Counted from the stretch's first letter, positions 27,901 to 36,162 are shown. The stretch: 64,000 nt of DNA from an uncultured Desulfurococcaceae archaeon (GCA_964655125.1 CAZZLT010000012.1:8076-72075), one strand, 5' to 3'. Notes: a model not told the origin generated them from the letters alone. Translations and numbers: made by a program.

Positions 27901-27927
27901 CCTGAAGGACGAGGCTTTCAGTTGTAA
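27901..27927. repeat. Right copy of the 27-nt inverted repeat (CCTGAAGGACGAGGCTTTCAGTTGTAA)
   Basis: As plus-strand RNA it folds into a 7-bp stem (CUGAAGG/CUUUCAG) with a 6-nt loop. A T-rich tract (TTGTAAATTTAT) follows. It lies 55 nt after the TIP49 stop. Confidence 0.85.
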
Positions 27928-28090
27928 ATTTATAGAGATTATAACATTGTAGAATATTTGTTTACTGTTTATAGAGTCCTTAACTTAAGGTTTAATCTAA
28001 TATTTGATATAGGATTTCCGTGGTTATTTACTGAGTAATACTCTAGTATTTAGGGGGTTTATTACTGACTACTTAAGTTTTATCTAAGCC

Positions 28091-28498
28091 TTACGCAGGT
28101 TCTCTAACTCTATCTGGGGGATCATCAGAAAGTCTCCAAAAACCCTTCTTAAAATCTAAGAGTATGATGTTTAACAGACTTACTACATAGTCACTTAACA
28201 CTACTTCATCTACGTGAGGATTAACTATTATACTTACCTTAACTGTCTTAGACGCCCTATCCTCTAAAATTAACTCTAAATCTGCAGATGATTGGTAATA
28301 AGGACTTACGACCTCACCACCACCTGTATCAAGCATTGCGATAACGTTAGTTTTAGGGGGCCATAAGCCTAAATCTCTAGCTACATTAACAGGTATTACT
28401 ATATCAGGTGTATCAGACTCGAAACCACTGTTTAGTAATGCCCTCCCCTCAAAAACCTTATCATCTACTCTCAACCTGATCCTTACCCTACAAACCAT
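28091..28498 (-). CDS. Retropepsin-like (clan AA aspartic-protease fold) protein, catalytic motif altered
   Basis: ALLNSGFESDTPDIVIPVNVARDLGL resembles the alvDTGa...iP..la..LgL pattern of archaeal AF_0612-type proteins, but reads NSG instead of DTG. A DTG is present later (MLDTGGG). Confidence 0.35.
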   Translation of the reverse strand: MVCRVRIRLRVDDKVFEGRALLNSGFESDTPDIVIPVNVARDLGLWPPKTNVIAMLDTGGGEVVSPYYQSSADLELILEDRASKTVKVSIIVNPHVDEVVLSDYVVSLLNIILLDFKKGFWRLSDDPPDRVREPA

Positions 28499-28606
28499 CT
28501 ACGTACCCGTCACGTACTTCTTCTTCATATACCCTAACTTCCTACGAGGAATATACTTAGCTATAAATTCCTTAACTGTTCTTATATCATCACATGTATT
28601 ATTCAT
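28499..28606 (-). CDS. 35-aa basic small ORF, stop abutting the next start (TAG-ATG)
   Basis: My translation is MNNTCDDIRTVKEFIAKYIPRRKLGYMKKKYVTGT*. It is not in the ORF track. Support is positional only. Confidence 0.2.
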   Translation of the reverse strand: MNNTCDDIRTVKEFIAKYIPRRKLGYMKKKYVTGT

Positions 28607-28798
28607 AATCCCCTAACTCCTAAGACACTACAAAACTTATATATATAAATCCGACCACCTAATAATCCACTCACACATAACTTCTAGTTCTTATTAGGAG
28701 GACAGACCTCAACTACTATTAAGGTTGATAAGTCTACTATTACAGATCTGATGATGATTAATTTTTTAAACATTTTTAACGAATATAGTAGGGTTTCA

Positions 28799-30292
28799 AT
28801 GAGTGAGTCTCAGACCATTAAGTTAGGTGCTAGACCTATTGAACTTGTTGATAGGATTCCAACACCTGAGGAAGTATTTAAGTTATCTAAGATTGGTTGG
28901 AAGGAGGTAGCGTTCATATTAATGGGGCCGGCATTCATAGCTGTTGGTGATGCGTTTGGCTCCGGTGAGTGGTTGATGATCCCAGTATTTACTGTTAGGT
29001 ATGGTTGGGGTATGGCTTGGGCTATATGGTTGTTAGTCCTCTGTCAAGCTGTGTATCAGATTATGTGGACTAGACTCATAGTCATTTACGGTGAGATACC
29101 AGCTATATTCTTCTCAAGACTACCTGGAGGTCCTAGATTCTGGAGTTGGTTTATAGCTATTAACCACGCAGCTAGGGTTGCGTGGCCTGGTTGGGCTATG
29201 GGTGCAGCTACAGCAGCTGCAGCTATGATCTTAGGTAGGATTCCAGGGGCTGCTGACGCACCCTTCGTTAGGGGTATTGCAGGAGTACTATTCTTCTTAG
29301 TACTGCTAACTTTATTGTTTGGAGGTAAGGTTGAGAGGATGTTAGAGATTGTTATGAAGGTGTTAACAGCATTTATAGTTATTGCTTTACTCTTCATAGT
29401 ATTACCACTAACTATAAAGATGGATGTACTTAGGGAGTTTGCAGTAGGTTTAGTAAGTATTGGTTACATACCCCCAGGAGTTGATATACTGTTACTAGGC
29501 GGTTTCGTAGGTTATGTAGGTAGTGCTATGGCTCATAACTGGTATAACGTAGTTTACTATAGGGATAAGGGTTATGGTATGGGTTCTGTAGTTGGTTACA
29601 TACCCAGTGCTATAGGTGGTGTTAAAGTATTCGTAAGTCCTATAGGTAAGTTCCCTAAACCAACACCTGAGAACGTAGCTACTGTTAAGAAGTGGATGAA
29701 ATTAGTAACACTAGATCAGATGTTAATATACTTTACCTTCTGTACGTTCGCAGGTACTGTACCAGCGTTAATAGCTACTTCATTACTCCCTAGAGGTACT
29801 GTATTAAGTGGTTGGGGTATTGCAGCACATGTCTCAGAAGCATTTGCTAAGATTGTAGGTCCTTGGGGTTTCTACCTCATAGCATTTATAGGACTCTCAA
29901 TACTATTCACAACACAGTTAATGTTAAGTGATAACTTAAGTAGGAATATAATTGAGATTCTATGGAGTACTTCTGAAGGTGTTAGGAAGTGGGCTAAAGG
30001 TGATATTAGGAGGTTATACTACACATTACTAGTTATCTACATAGTCTTCGCAGTAACCATCATATGGTCAGGTATGGAACCCCTCCTAGTACTACTAATA
30101 TCTGCTAACGTCCCACACTTCATGGCATTCTGGGCAATACCAGCATTAATATACATTAATGAGAAACTACTGCCTAAGGAGTATCAATCACCTAGGTGGA
30201 TGTATGTATTCCCGATTATAATGTTTGTGTTCAGTGCTATAATATTTGTAGGGTTGGTACTCTACTACGGCTTCGGGATTAAGATATTCTAA
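28799..30292 (+). CDS. Divergent Nramp-family membrane transporter
   Basis: About 11-12 TM segments. GPAFIAVGDAFGSGEW sits where Nramp has GPG..DPGN. VGSAMAHNWYN sits where Nramp has MPHN. The ATG at 28799 follows the TATA-like TTTTTAAA at about 28764; the track start at 28751 is probably too far upstream. Confidence 0.5.
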   Translation: MSESQTIKLGARPIELVDRIPTPEEVFKLSKIGWKEVAFILMGPAFIAVGDAFGSGEWLMIPVFTVRYGWGMAWAIWLLVLCQAVYQIMWTRLIVIYGEIPAIFFSRLPGGPRFWSWFIAINHAARVAWPGWAMGAATAAAAMILGRIPGAADAPFVRGIAGVLFFLVLLTLLFGGKVERMLEIVMKVLTAFIVIALLFIVLPLTIKMDVLREFAVGLVSIGYIPPGVDILLLGGFVGYVGSAMAHNWYNVVYYRDKGYGMGSVVGYIPSAIGGVKVFVSPIGKFPKPTPENVATVKKWMKLVTLDQMLIYFTFCTFAGTVPALIATSLLPRGTVLSGWGIAAHVSEAFAKIVGPWGFYLIAFIGLSILFTTQLMLSDNLSRNIIEILWSTSEGVRKWAKGDIRRLYYTLLVIYIVFAVTIIWSGMEPLLVLLISANVPHFMAFWAIPALIYINEKLLPKEYQSPRWMYVFPIIMFVFSAIIFVGLVLYYGFGIKIF

Positions 30293-30371
30293 CCTAGACT
30301 TTTTAACCTAAACACTTCAAATAACTCCTACCTCAATAAGAAATATTAATTTCAATACAGATACCACCTCG

Positions 30372-31442
30372 GTGTATGTTTTGAAGCATAGGGCATGTCT
30401 ACTTAAGGAATTTAGTAAGCCGTTAGTTATCGAGGAAGTCCAGACACCTACTTTAAAACCTTATGAGGTCTTGATTAAGGTCTTAGCTGCTGGTGTCTGT
30501 CATTCAGACCTGCATTTATGGTTAGGTGATTTCGTACCTCAAGGACTCCCTAAGAAATTACCTATAGTCTTATCTCATGAGGTTGTAGGTGAGGTTGTAG
30601 ATGTTGGTGAGGGTGTCCCCAGTAATTTTAGGAGGGGTGTGAAGGTGTTAGTATATCCTTGGCAGTATGTTGAGGAGGACCAGCTAACTATTAAGGGTTT
30701 TACTCAACTAGCTAGGAAGAGGTTGAGGTTAGGTATTGATGTTGATGGAGGTCTTCAGGAGTACTTAATCAGTAATTATAAGTTCTTAGTAAGTATTGAA
30801 GGTATCGAGGATATACCTGCATTAGCACCTCTAGGATGTGCAGCACTAACTACTTATAGAGCTGTTAAGAAGGCTAGAACATTCGTAGAACCCGATGATT
30901 ATGTAGTCTTAATTGGTTTAGGTGGTTTAGGTTCTTACGCAGCTCAATGGATTAAGTTGTTAATACCTTACTCACGATTAGTAGGTGTTGATGTGAGGGA
31001 TGAAGCTATAGAATTCGTATCTAAGATAACTAATGTTGATGTAGTCGTAAATGCATCTAAGGAAGACCCTACTAAAGTATTGAATGAGTTAACAAGTGGT
31101 TTAGGTGTTAAAGCAGTTATAGACTTAGTCGGTAGTCCTGAAACAGTCTCTAAATACATAAACGTAGTAGATACGTTAGGAGTTTACGTGTTAGTAGGTC
31201 ATATGGGTAGGGTTGAAGTCCCGATACCTAGGCCTAGGATCATACGTAATGAAATCACTATAACTGGTAGTTATACTGGTTCATTAGCAGATCAGTATGA
31301 GGTGATATCGTTAGTTAGGAGAGGCCTACTTAAGTATAGAGAGGTAGTAACTAAACGTTATAGGTTTGAAGAAGTTAATGAAGCTTTTAACACTCTTAAG
31401 GAGGGTAAGGTAGTTGGTAGGCAGGTAGTCTTAATAACTTAA
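30372..31442 (+). CDS. Zinc-dependent alcohol dehydrogenase (MDR family)
   Basis: GVCHSDLHLWLG catalytic Zn motif and LIGLGGLGSYAAQ Rossmann motif. 356 aa. Confidence 0.8.
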   Translation: MYVLKHRACLLKEFSKPLVIEEVQTPTLKPYEVLIKVLAAGVCHSDLHLWLGDFVPQGLPKKLPIVLSHEVVGEVVDVGEGVPSNFRRGVKVLVYPWQYVEEDQLTIKGFTQLARKRLRLGIDVDGGLQEYLISNYKFLVSIEGIEDIPALAPLGCAALTTYRAVKKARTFVEPDDYVVLIGLGGLGSYAAQWIKLLIPYSRLVGVDVRDEAIEFVSKITNVDVVVNASKEDPTKVLNELTSGLGVKAVIDLVGSPETVSKYINVVDTLGVYVLVGHMGRVEVPIPRPRIIRNEITITGSYTGSLADQYEVISLVRRGLLKYREVVTKRYRFEEVNEAFNTLKEGKVVGRQVVLIT

Positions 31443-31451
31443 AAGTTTTAA

Positions 31452-31745
31452 TTAACCACCGTCAAAAGGTATTGTTAGTATCACTTCATCACCGTCTTTA
31501 AGTCTTTTACTGAAGTCCCACTCAACCCTCTTATTAACTATTACGAGTATATTCTCATTTAATTTTCCGTTATCAGTGATTAACCAATTACTTAATCCTT
31601 TATGAATACATGATATCTTCATTAGTAAATTAGCTAGTGTTGAGTCTTCCTCAATCACTAACTCCTCTTCCTCAGTCTTAGTTACTGATTGAAATATTTG
31701 TGGTATGTACTTCACCTTAACTCTTATATAACTCACTGACGACAT
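31452..31745 (-). CDS. MoaD/ThiS-family ubiquitin-like beta-grasp protein with C-terminal Gly-Gly
   Basis: Ends LKDGDEVILTIPFDGG*. It overlaps the aor stop by 29 nt. An alternative GTG at 31715 would abut the aor stop. Confidence 0.6.
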   Translation of the reverse strand: MSSVSYIRVKVKYIPQIFQSVTKTEEEELVIEEDSTLANLLMKISCIHKGLSNWLITDNGKLNENILVIVNKRVEWDFSKRLKDGDEVILTIPFDGG

Positions 31746-33624
31746 AGTCTAGTCCTAACTCGTAGAGTTTACCTACTTTAGGCTTACCTTCCTCATCCCA
31801 ACCAGCTATCTCGTAGAATAACTTAATCGCTTTCTCAAATAGATCACGGTCTATTCTCTGACCTTTCCTAGCACCAAACTCTAACCCTTCAAAGAATCTA
31901 TCTGGGAGTATGTCTTCCTTAACTGTAAATCCTTCACGTACGTTAAACGCTCTTATAAGGTTAAACCCTCTCTCACTAACTTTCATTAAAGACCATAAAC
32001 TCATCTGCCATCCAGTAGCTGCATTTACGATTTCAACTAAGTGGTTAGGTGTGAAGACTCCTGCTGAATGTGGTGTAAAGACAAATTTACATACTTGTAA
32101 ACAATCTTCTAAACCCCACCATAACATACCGTAGTATACGATCTTAACCTTCTCAGGACTAAGGTCTAACCTAGGTATAGGTCTTGTAATTCCTAAAGCT
32201 ACTAAATGCTCTGCAAACCTCTCAAATGATGGGTCGTGAGGTCCTTGTAGGTGGTCAGCACCTATAGGTGATAAAGCATAGTGTAGCCCGACACCTACCT
32301 TACCACGTGGTTCATGAAGTGGTATTTCCCTACCCTTAACATGCATTGCATACTTCTCAGCACCACGTCCGATAACCTCAGAAGCTCTCTTAACACCTTC
32401 AGCTAAGATATCACCGAATCCTTCACGGTTAACAACCATCTTCAATAACTTTATTAATGATTCACCATCACCGAACCTTACCTCTAACCCGTTAGTATCT
32501 TCCTTAGTTATAACCCCCCTCTCAAAGAGCTCCATAGCGAATGCGATTACGACACCAGCACTTATAGTATCGACGCCGTAGGAATTACATATCTGATTAG
32601 CGTAGGATATGATGTTTAAATCACCTACACCACAGAGTGAGCCGAAGGAGGCTATAGTCTCGTATTCAGGACCACCGTATGCTGGGTCTGTCTCATAAGG
32701 TATTTTAGCTTTAACATCTGGTTTACACCTTAGTGGGCAGGCAAAACAACCTGTCTTACCTACGAGTATAGTCTTATTTAATGTATCACCACTTAATACA
32801 TCTGCTTTATCGAATGAACCACCCCTGAAGTTCAGTGTTGGTAGTGTCCCATCATTATTAAGCGGTGTTACGATTTCAGGTGTACCGTAAGTACTCCTAG
32901 AGACTGCCCCAGGTTGTTTCCTCCAGTTCTCATTAAACCATCTAGTAAGTTCAACAAGCTTCTTCTCATCGTGGAACTTAACCTCCCTCTTACTACCCCT
33001 AACAACTACAGCCTTCAACCTCTTAGAACCCATAACAGCACCTAAACCACCCCTACCAGCTGCATACCTATGATCAAACATTATATTTGCAAACCTAACT
33101 AACTTCTCACCTGCAGGACCTATACATGCAACCCTAGCCAACGGCTCATTAAGTTCCTTCTTAATCTCCTCAACAGTATCCTTAGTTAACCTACCCCATA
33201 AATGTGTAGCATCCCTAAGCTCTACACGTCCATCCTTAACCCATAGATAAACTGGTTTCTCAGCCCTACCCTCAAATACTATTACATCAAAACCAGCATA
33301 CTTAAGCTCAGGTGCGAAGAACCCACCAGCCTCAGACTCACAGTAAGTATTAGTTAGTGGGGACTTACTAGCTACTAAAGTCCTATTAACACCTGGTACA
33401 GGTACTCCAGTAATAACACTAGTAGTGAAGACTAACTTATTCTCAGGACTTAAGGGATCTACACGTGGTTTAAGCTCTCTAAACAGTATATAAGCTGCTA
33501 AACCCCTACCACCTAAGTACTCCCTATAAAGTACCTCAGGTACTTCCTCAATACGTATACTACCAGTAGTAAGGTCTACACGGAGCCACCTACAGTTAAA
33601 TCCGTAAGACAAAAGACCACCCAT
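31717..33624 (-). CDS. aor: Tungstopterin aldehyde:ferredoxin oxidoreductase family enzyme
   Basis: 635 aa. WLRVDLTTGSIRIEEVPEVLYREYLGGRGLAAYIL N-terminus, CFACPLRC [4Fe-4S] ligands, and AOR-type C-terminal domains. Confidence 0.85.
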   Translation of the reverse strand: MGGLLSYGFNCRWLRVDLTTGSIRIEEVPEVLYREYLGGRGLAAYILFRELKPRVDPLSPENKLVFTTSVITGVPVPGVNRTLVASKSPLTNTYCESEAGGFFAPELKYAGFDVIVFEGRAEKPVYLWVKDGRVELRDATHLWGRLTKDTVEEIKKELNEPLARVACIGPAGEKLVRFANIMFDHRYAAGRGGLGAVMGSKRLKAVVVRGSKREVKFHDEKKLVELTRWFNENWRKQPGAVSRSTYGTPEIVTPLNNDGTLPTLNFRGGSFDKADVLSGDTLNKTILVGKTGCFACPLRCKPDVKAKIPYETDPAYGGPEYETIASFGSLCGVGDLNIISYANQICNSYGVDTISAGVVIAFAMELFERGVITKEDTNGLEVRFGDGESLIKLLKMVVNREGFGDILAEGVKRASEVIGRGAEKYAMHVKGREIPLHEPRGKVGVGLHYALSPIGADHLQGPHDPSFERFAEHLVALGITRPIPRLDLSPEKVKIVYYGMLWWGLEDCLQVCKFVFTPHSAGVFTPNHLVEIVNAATGWQMSLWSLMKVSERGFNLIRAFNVREGFTVKEDILPDRFFEGLEFGARKGQRIDRDLFEKAIKLFYEIAGWDEEGKPKVGKLYELGLDYVVSELYKS

Positions 33625-33665
33625 AACAACTTACTCTTAAATTTATAACTGTAACTCAAATTAAG

Positions 33666-33851
33666 TCATAACCTAAGCGAACACATTAAATTCCTCCTAC
33701 AGCATAAGTACTCAGATAATATGATTAAGATAGCGAGTAAGACCATAAGTATTGATAGTATAGTACCGGTAAGCCTCCCGAGAATAATATTCAATAACAA
33801 GTATGGAATAAAGAGTACTAACATGAGTACACCTACTAATAAACCCCTCAA
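33666..33851 (-). CDS. Possible 61-aa two-TM membrane peptide
   Basis: ORF only. Hydrophobic composition. It lies just upstream of aor. Confidence 0.15.
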   Translation of the reverse strand: MRGLLVGVLMLVLFIPYLLLNIILGRLTGTILSILMVLLAILIILSEYLCCRRNLMCSLRL

Positions 33852-34029
33852 TAAACCTCAATTAACTCTATAACCTCTTAACATAAGCTCTTCAAGACTA
33901 ATCCCTCTTAATAACCTAATCCCTAAGTGTAGATCGTAGAATATACCTTATTCAACACATAACCTAATATAGAGATGATTACGATAACCTCAAGGATAGT
34001 TAAAAGTGTTTCTAATATAGTATTTTAGG

Positions 34030-34081
34030 ATGATGATACCTGGGGTTTGATTGAGTTAGTGATAAGGAGTTACCCTACTGA
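34030..34081 (+). ncRNA. Candidate C/D box sRNA
   Basis: C box ATGATGA (34030-36). C'-like GTGATAA (34059-65) is followed by exactly 12 nt, then D box CTGA (34078-81). The D' box is degenerate (TGAT/GATT after 11-12 nt). It lies in a roughly 560-bp ORF-free gap. Confidence 0.35.
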
Positions 34082-34408
34082 CGATATCCTCTATAGATGT
34101 TATATTATTCGTCTTAGGGACTATAAACTCCTTAACAATATAAGTCACTTAATAAGTTTATACTTACTCATTCCTTATATAATCAATCTCCTTCTTAGGT
34201 AAGAGCTTTAATATAAAGCCTTTTAAGCTATTAAATCTTCACTACTCATATTACAATCGAAAATATGAAGTAAGATATTGTAAGATTATCACCTCTTAAT
34301 ACACCCTACATTTTAAAGATAATCTCATAATAGGTTAAGCAGGTTTATTTAGCTATTCCTAACTTAAGAGATTTTAAATTTAGGTATGTTTATGTAGTTG
34401 GTGAGGTA

Positions 34409-34795
34409 GTGTCTATAGATGAGGTTGAGATTTTAAGGGAGAGGGCTATCGCTTTTCTTAGGAATGCTGAGTACTTATATAGTATTAGTCAGTATGACTT
34501 AGCTATGTTTAGTCTTGAGCAATACTGTCAATTAATCCTTAAGTATAAACTCCTTATTAAGACTGGAACCTACCCTAGAACACATTCTATAACATACCTA
34601 CTTAAACTACTCTCTAAGATTAGTCAAGAGGTTAACATGTTGCTTGAGAATGAAGAAAACTTCATAATATTAACTAAGATTGAAGATGCGTATATAGGGT
34701 CTCGATACCTCCCAAGAAGATATGATGAGAAGGAAGTGAGGGTGGTGTTGAGATTTATTAAGGAGGTGTTTAACCCAGTTGTTGAAAGGATTTGA
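34409..34795 (+). CDS. HEPN-domain protein (toxin-type partner of MNT)
   Basis: 128 aa. YPRTHSITYLL and EDAYIGSRYLPRRY are typical HEPN (PF05168-like) motifs. Confidence 0.7.
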   Translation: MSIDEVEILRERAIAFLRNAEYLYSISQYDLAMFSLEQYCQLILKYKLLIKTGTYPRTHSITYLLKLLSKISQEVNMLLENEENFIILTKIEDAYIGSRYLPRRYDEKEVRVVLRFIKEVFNPVVERI

Positions 34796-35120
34796 CATAT
34801 ATGTTGAGTACTTTAGAAAACGTAGTGAATTAATGAGTAGGTTTAGTGAATTCTTAAGTAACGTTAGAGAAGATGTAGAGGGTATCATCCCTAATGCTGA
34901 GGTATACCTCTTCGGCTCATATGCTGAGGGTAGGGCAGTAGCTTCAAGTGATATTGATATATTAATCATAATTAATGAAGAGGATAGAGTTAATGCTGAG
35001 GAGGTGAAGACTGTAGTGAAGAGGAAGTATATTGAATATCCTGTAGAAGTTCATGTAGTTACTAAAGAAGAGTTTGAGAGATGGTATAGGAGATTCATAG
35101 GTAAGTTAGTTAAGATTTAG
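34779..35120 (+). CDS. Minimal nucleotidyltransferase (MNT) partner of HEPN
   Basis: LFGSYAEGRAVASSDIDILII (G-S-x10-D-x-D). Overlaps the HEPN gene by 17 nt. Confidence 0.75.
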   Translation: MLKGFDIYVEYFRKRSELMSRFSEFLSNVREDVEGIIPNAEVYLFGSYAEGRAVASSDIDILIIINEEDRVNAEEVKTVVKRKYIEYPVEVHVVTKEEFERWYRRFIGKLVKI

Positions 35121-35186
35121 TTGATGTGTTAACGAGATTAGGTCTTAACTACTTAATACTTAAAAATAATTGAGTTTAAGTAGGGT

Positions 35187-35390
35187 TTATGGGGGATTAA
35201 CATCTTTGAACTTCACATCAGCTAGTTCTCCACTAACACCCCAATTCTCCTTAGGTACTTCCTGAATTATCACTTCTACAGCATGTGGTGGTATCCCAAG
35301 ATCTTCAAATACCTTAGTTACACCCTTAACAATCCTTATCTTAGCCTCCCTAGAAACACCACTCCACATATATACATGTATGACGGGCAT
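35187..35390 (-). CDS. 4-oxalocrotonate tautomerase-family protein
   Basis: 67 aa. Starts MPVIHVYMW (Pro-1 after Met removal) with a beta-alpha-beta pattern. Confidence 0.7.
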   Translation of the reverse strand: MPVIHVYMWSGVSREAKIRIVKGVTKVFEDLGIPPHAVEVIIQEVPKENWGVSGELADVKFKDVNPP

Positions 35391-35474
35391 ATAGATCCTA
35401 TAAATACTAACTTTAAGGTAAATTATATTTGATGAGGTGTTTAAGTATTCTAAGATGGTTCTAACTTAGTTAAC

Positions 35475-36131
35475 TTACCTCTTACTCTTTAACTCCTCAA
35501 CTAATTTCTTACATATATCTACTGCTACGATAGCGTTTTCCCCATACGCATCTGCACCAATCCTTTTAGCGAATTCCTCAGTTATTGGTGCACCACCAAC
35601 AATAACCTTAACCTTATCTCTTAAACCCTCCTTCTCTAAAGCTTCTATAACCTTCTTCATATTAATCATTGTTGATGTTAGTAACGCACTCATACCAACT
35701 ATATCCGGGTTATACTGTTTAACTGCTTCAACAAATTTTTGTGGTGGGACATCAACACCTAAGTCAATGAGTTCAAAACCATTTACCCTCAACATCGTAG
35801 CTACTAAATTCTTACCTATGTCGTGGATATCTCCTTCAACAGTACCGAGAATAACCCTCCCAATAGGTTTAACAACTTCTTTCTCCTTCATAACTAGAGG
35901 TTCGAGAATCTTCATAACCTCTTTAAAAATTTCTGAAGCTACGATAAGGTCGGATATGAAGTAATCACCCCTTTCAAACATATCACCAATAACTCTCATA
36001 CCCTCAGCTAAGGAATTAATAATATCTATAGGTTTTAATCCCTGATCAATAGCTTTCCTAACTAGTTCTAAAGTCTTATCCATATCGAGATTAACTAAAG
36101 AATCTCTTATCTCACTTAACATATACCTCAC
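35475..36131 (-). CDS. Corrinoid (B12-binding) methyl-carrier protein, MtaC/MtbC/MetH-cap+Rossmann type
   Basis: N-terminal helical cap, DxHxxG (GDIHDIGKN), SxL (MSALLTS) and GG (IVGGAPI). Confidence 0.85.
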   Translation of the reverse strand: MRYMLSEIRDSLVNLDMDKTLELVRKAIDQGLKPIDIINSLAEGMRVIGDMFERGDYFISDLIVASEIFKEVMKILEPLVMKEKEVVKPIGRVILGTVEGDIHDIGKNLVATMLRVNGFELIDLGVDVPPQKFVEAVKQYNPDIVGMSALLTSTMINMKKVIEALEKEGLRDKVKVIVGGAPITEEFAKRIGADAYGENAIVAVDICKKLVEELKSKR

Positions 36132-36162
36132 CTAAAACTCCTTACCTCACATAATATAAACT

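Noticed and set aside
26322-27927. The inverted repeats as split-tRNA halves, an rRNA-like bulge-helix-bulge processing stem, or stray CRISPR repeats (the unit contains ...ACAACTGAAAG).
   Set aside because: - The flanking sequence is AT-rich and cannot be folded into tRNA halves.
- The intermolecular duplex is continuous (one A/C mismatch) with no 3-nt bulges.
- Similarity does not extend upstream of TTACAACTGAAAG as a CRISPR repeat would require.
- There are only two copies, in opposite orientation and 1.5 kb apart, and no cas genes.
28751-28798. The upstream 16 codons (MMINFLNIFNEYSRVS) of the Nramp-like track ORF.
   Set aside because: The stretch contains the AT-rich TATA-like element TTTTTAAA itself. 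The ATG at 28799 sits at the expected distance downstream.
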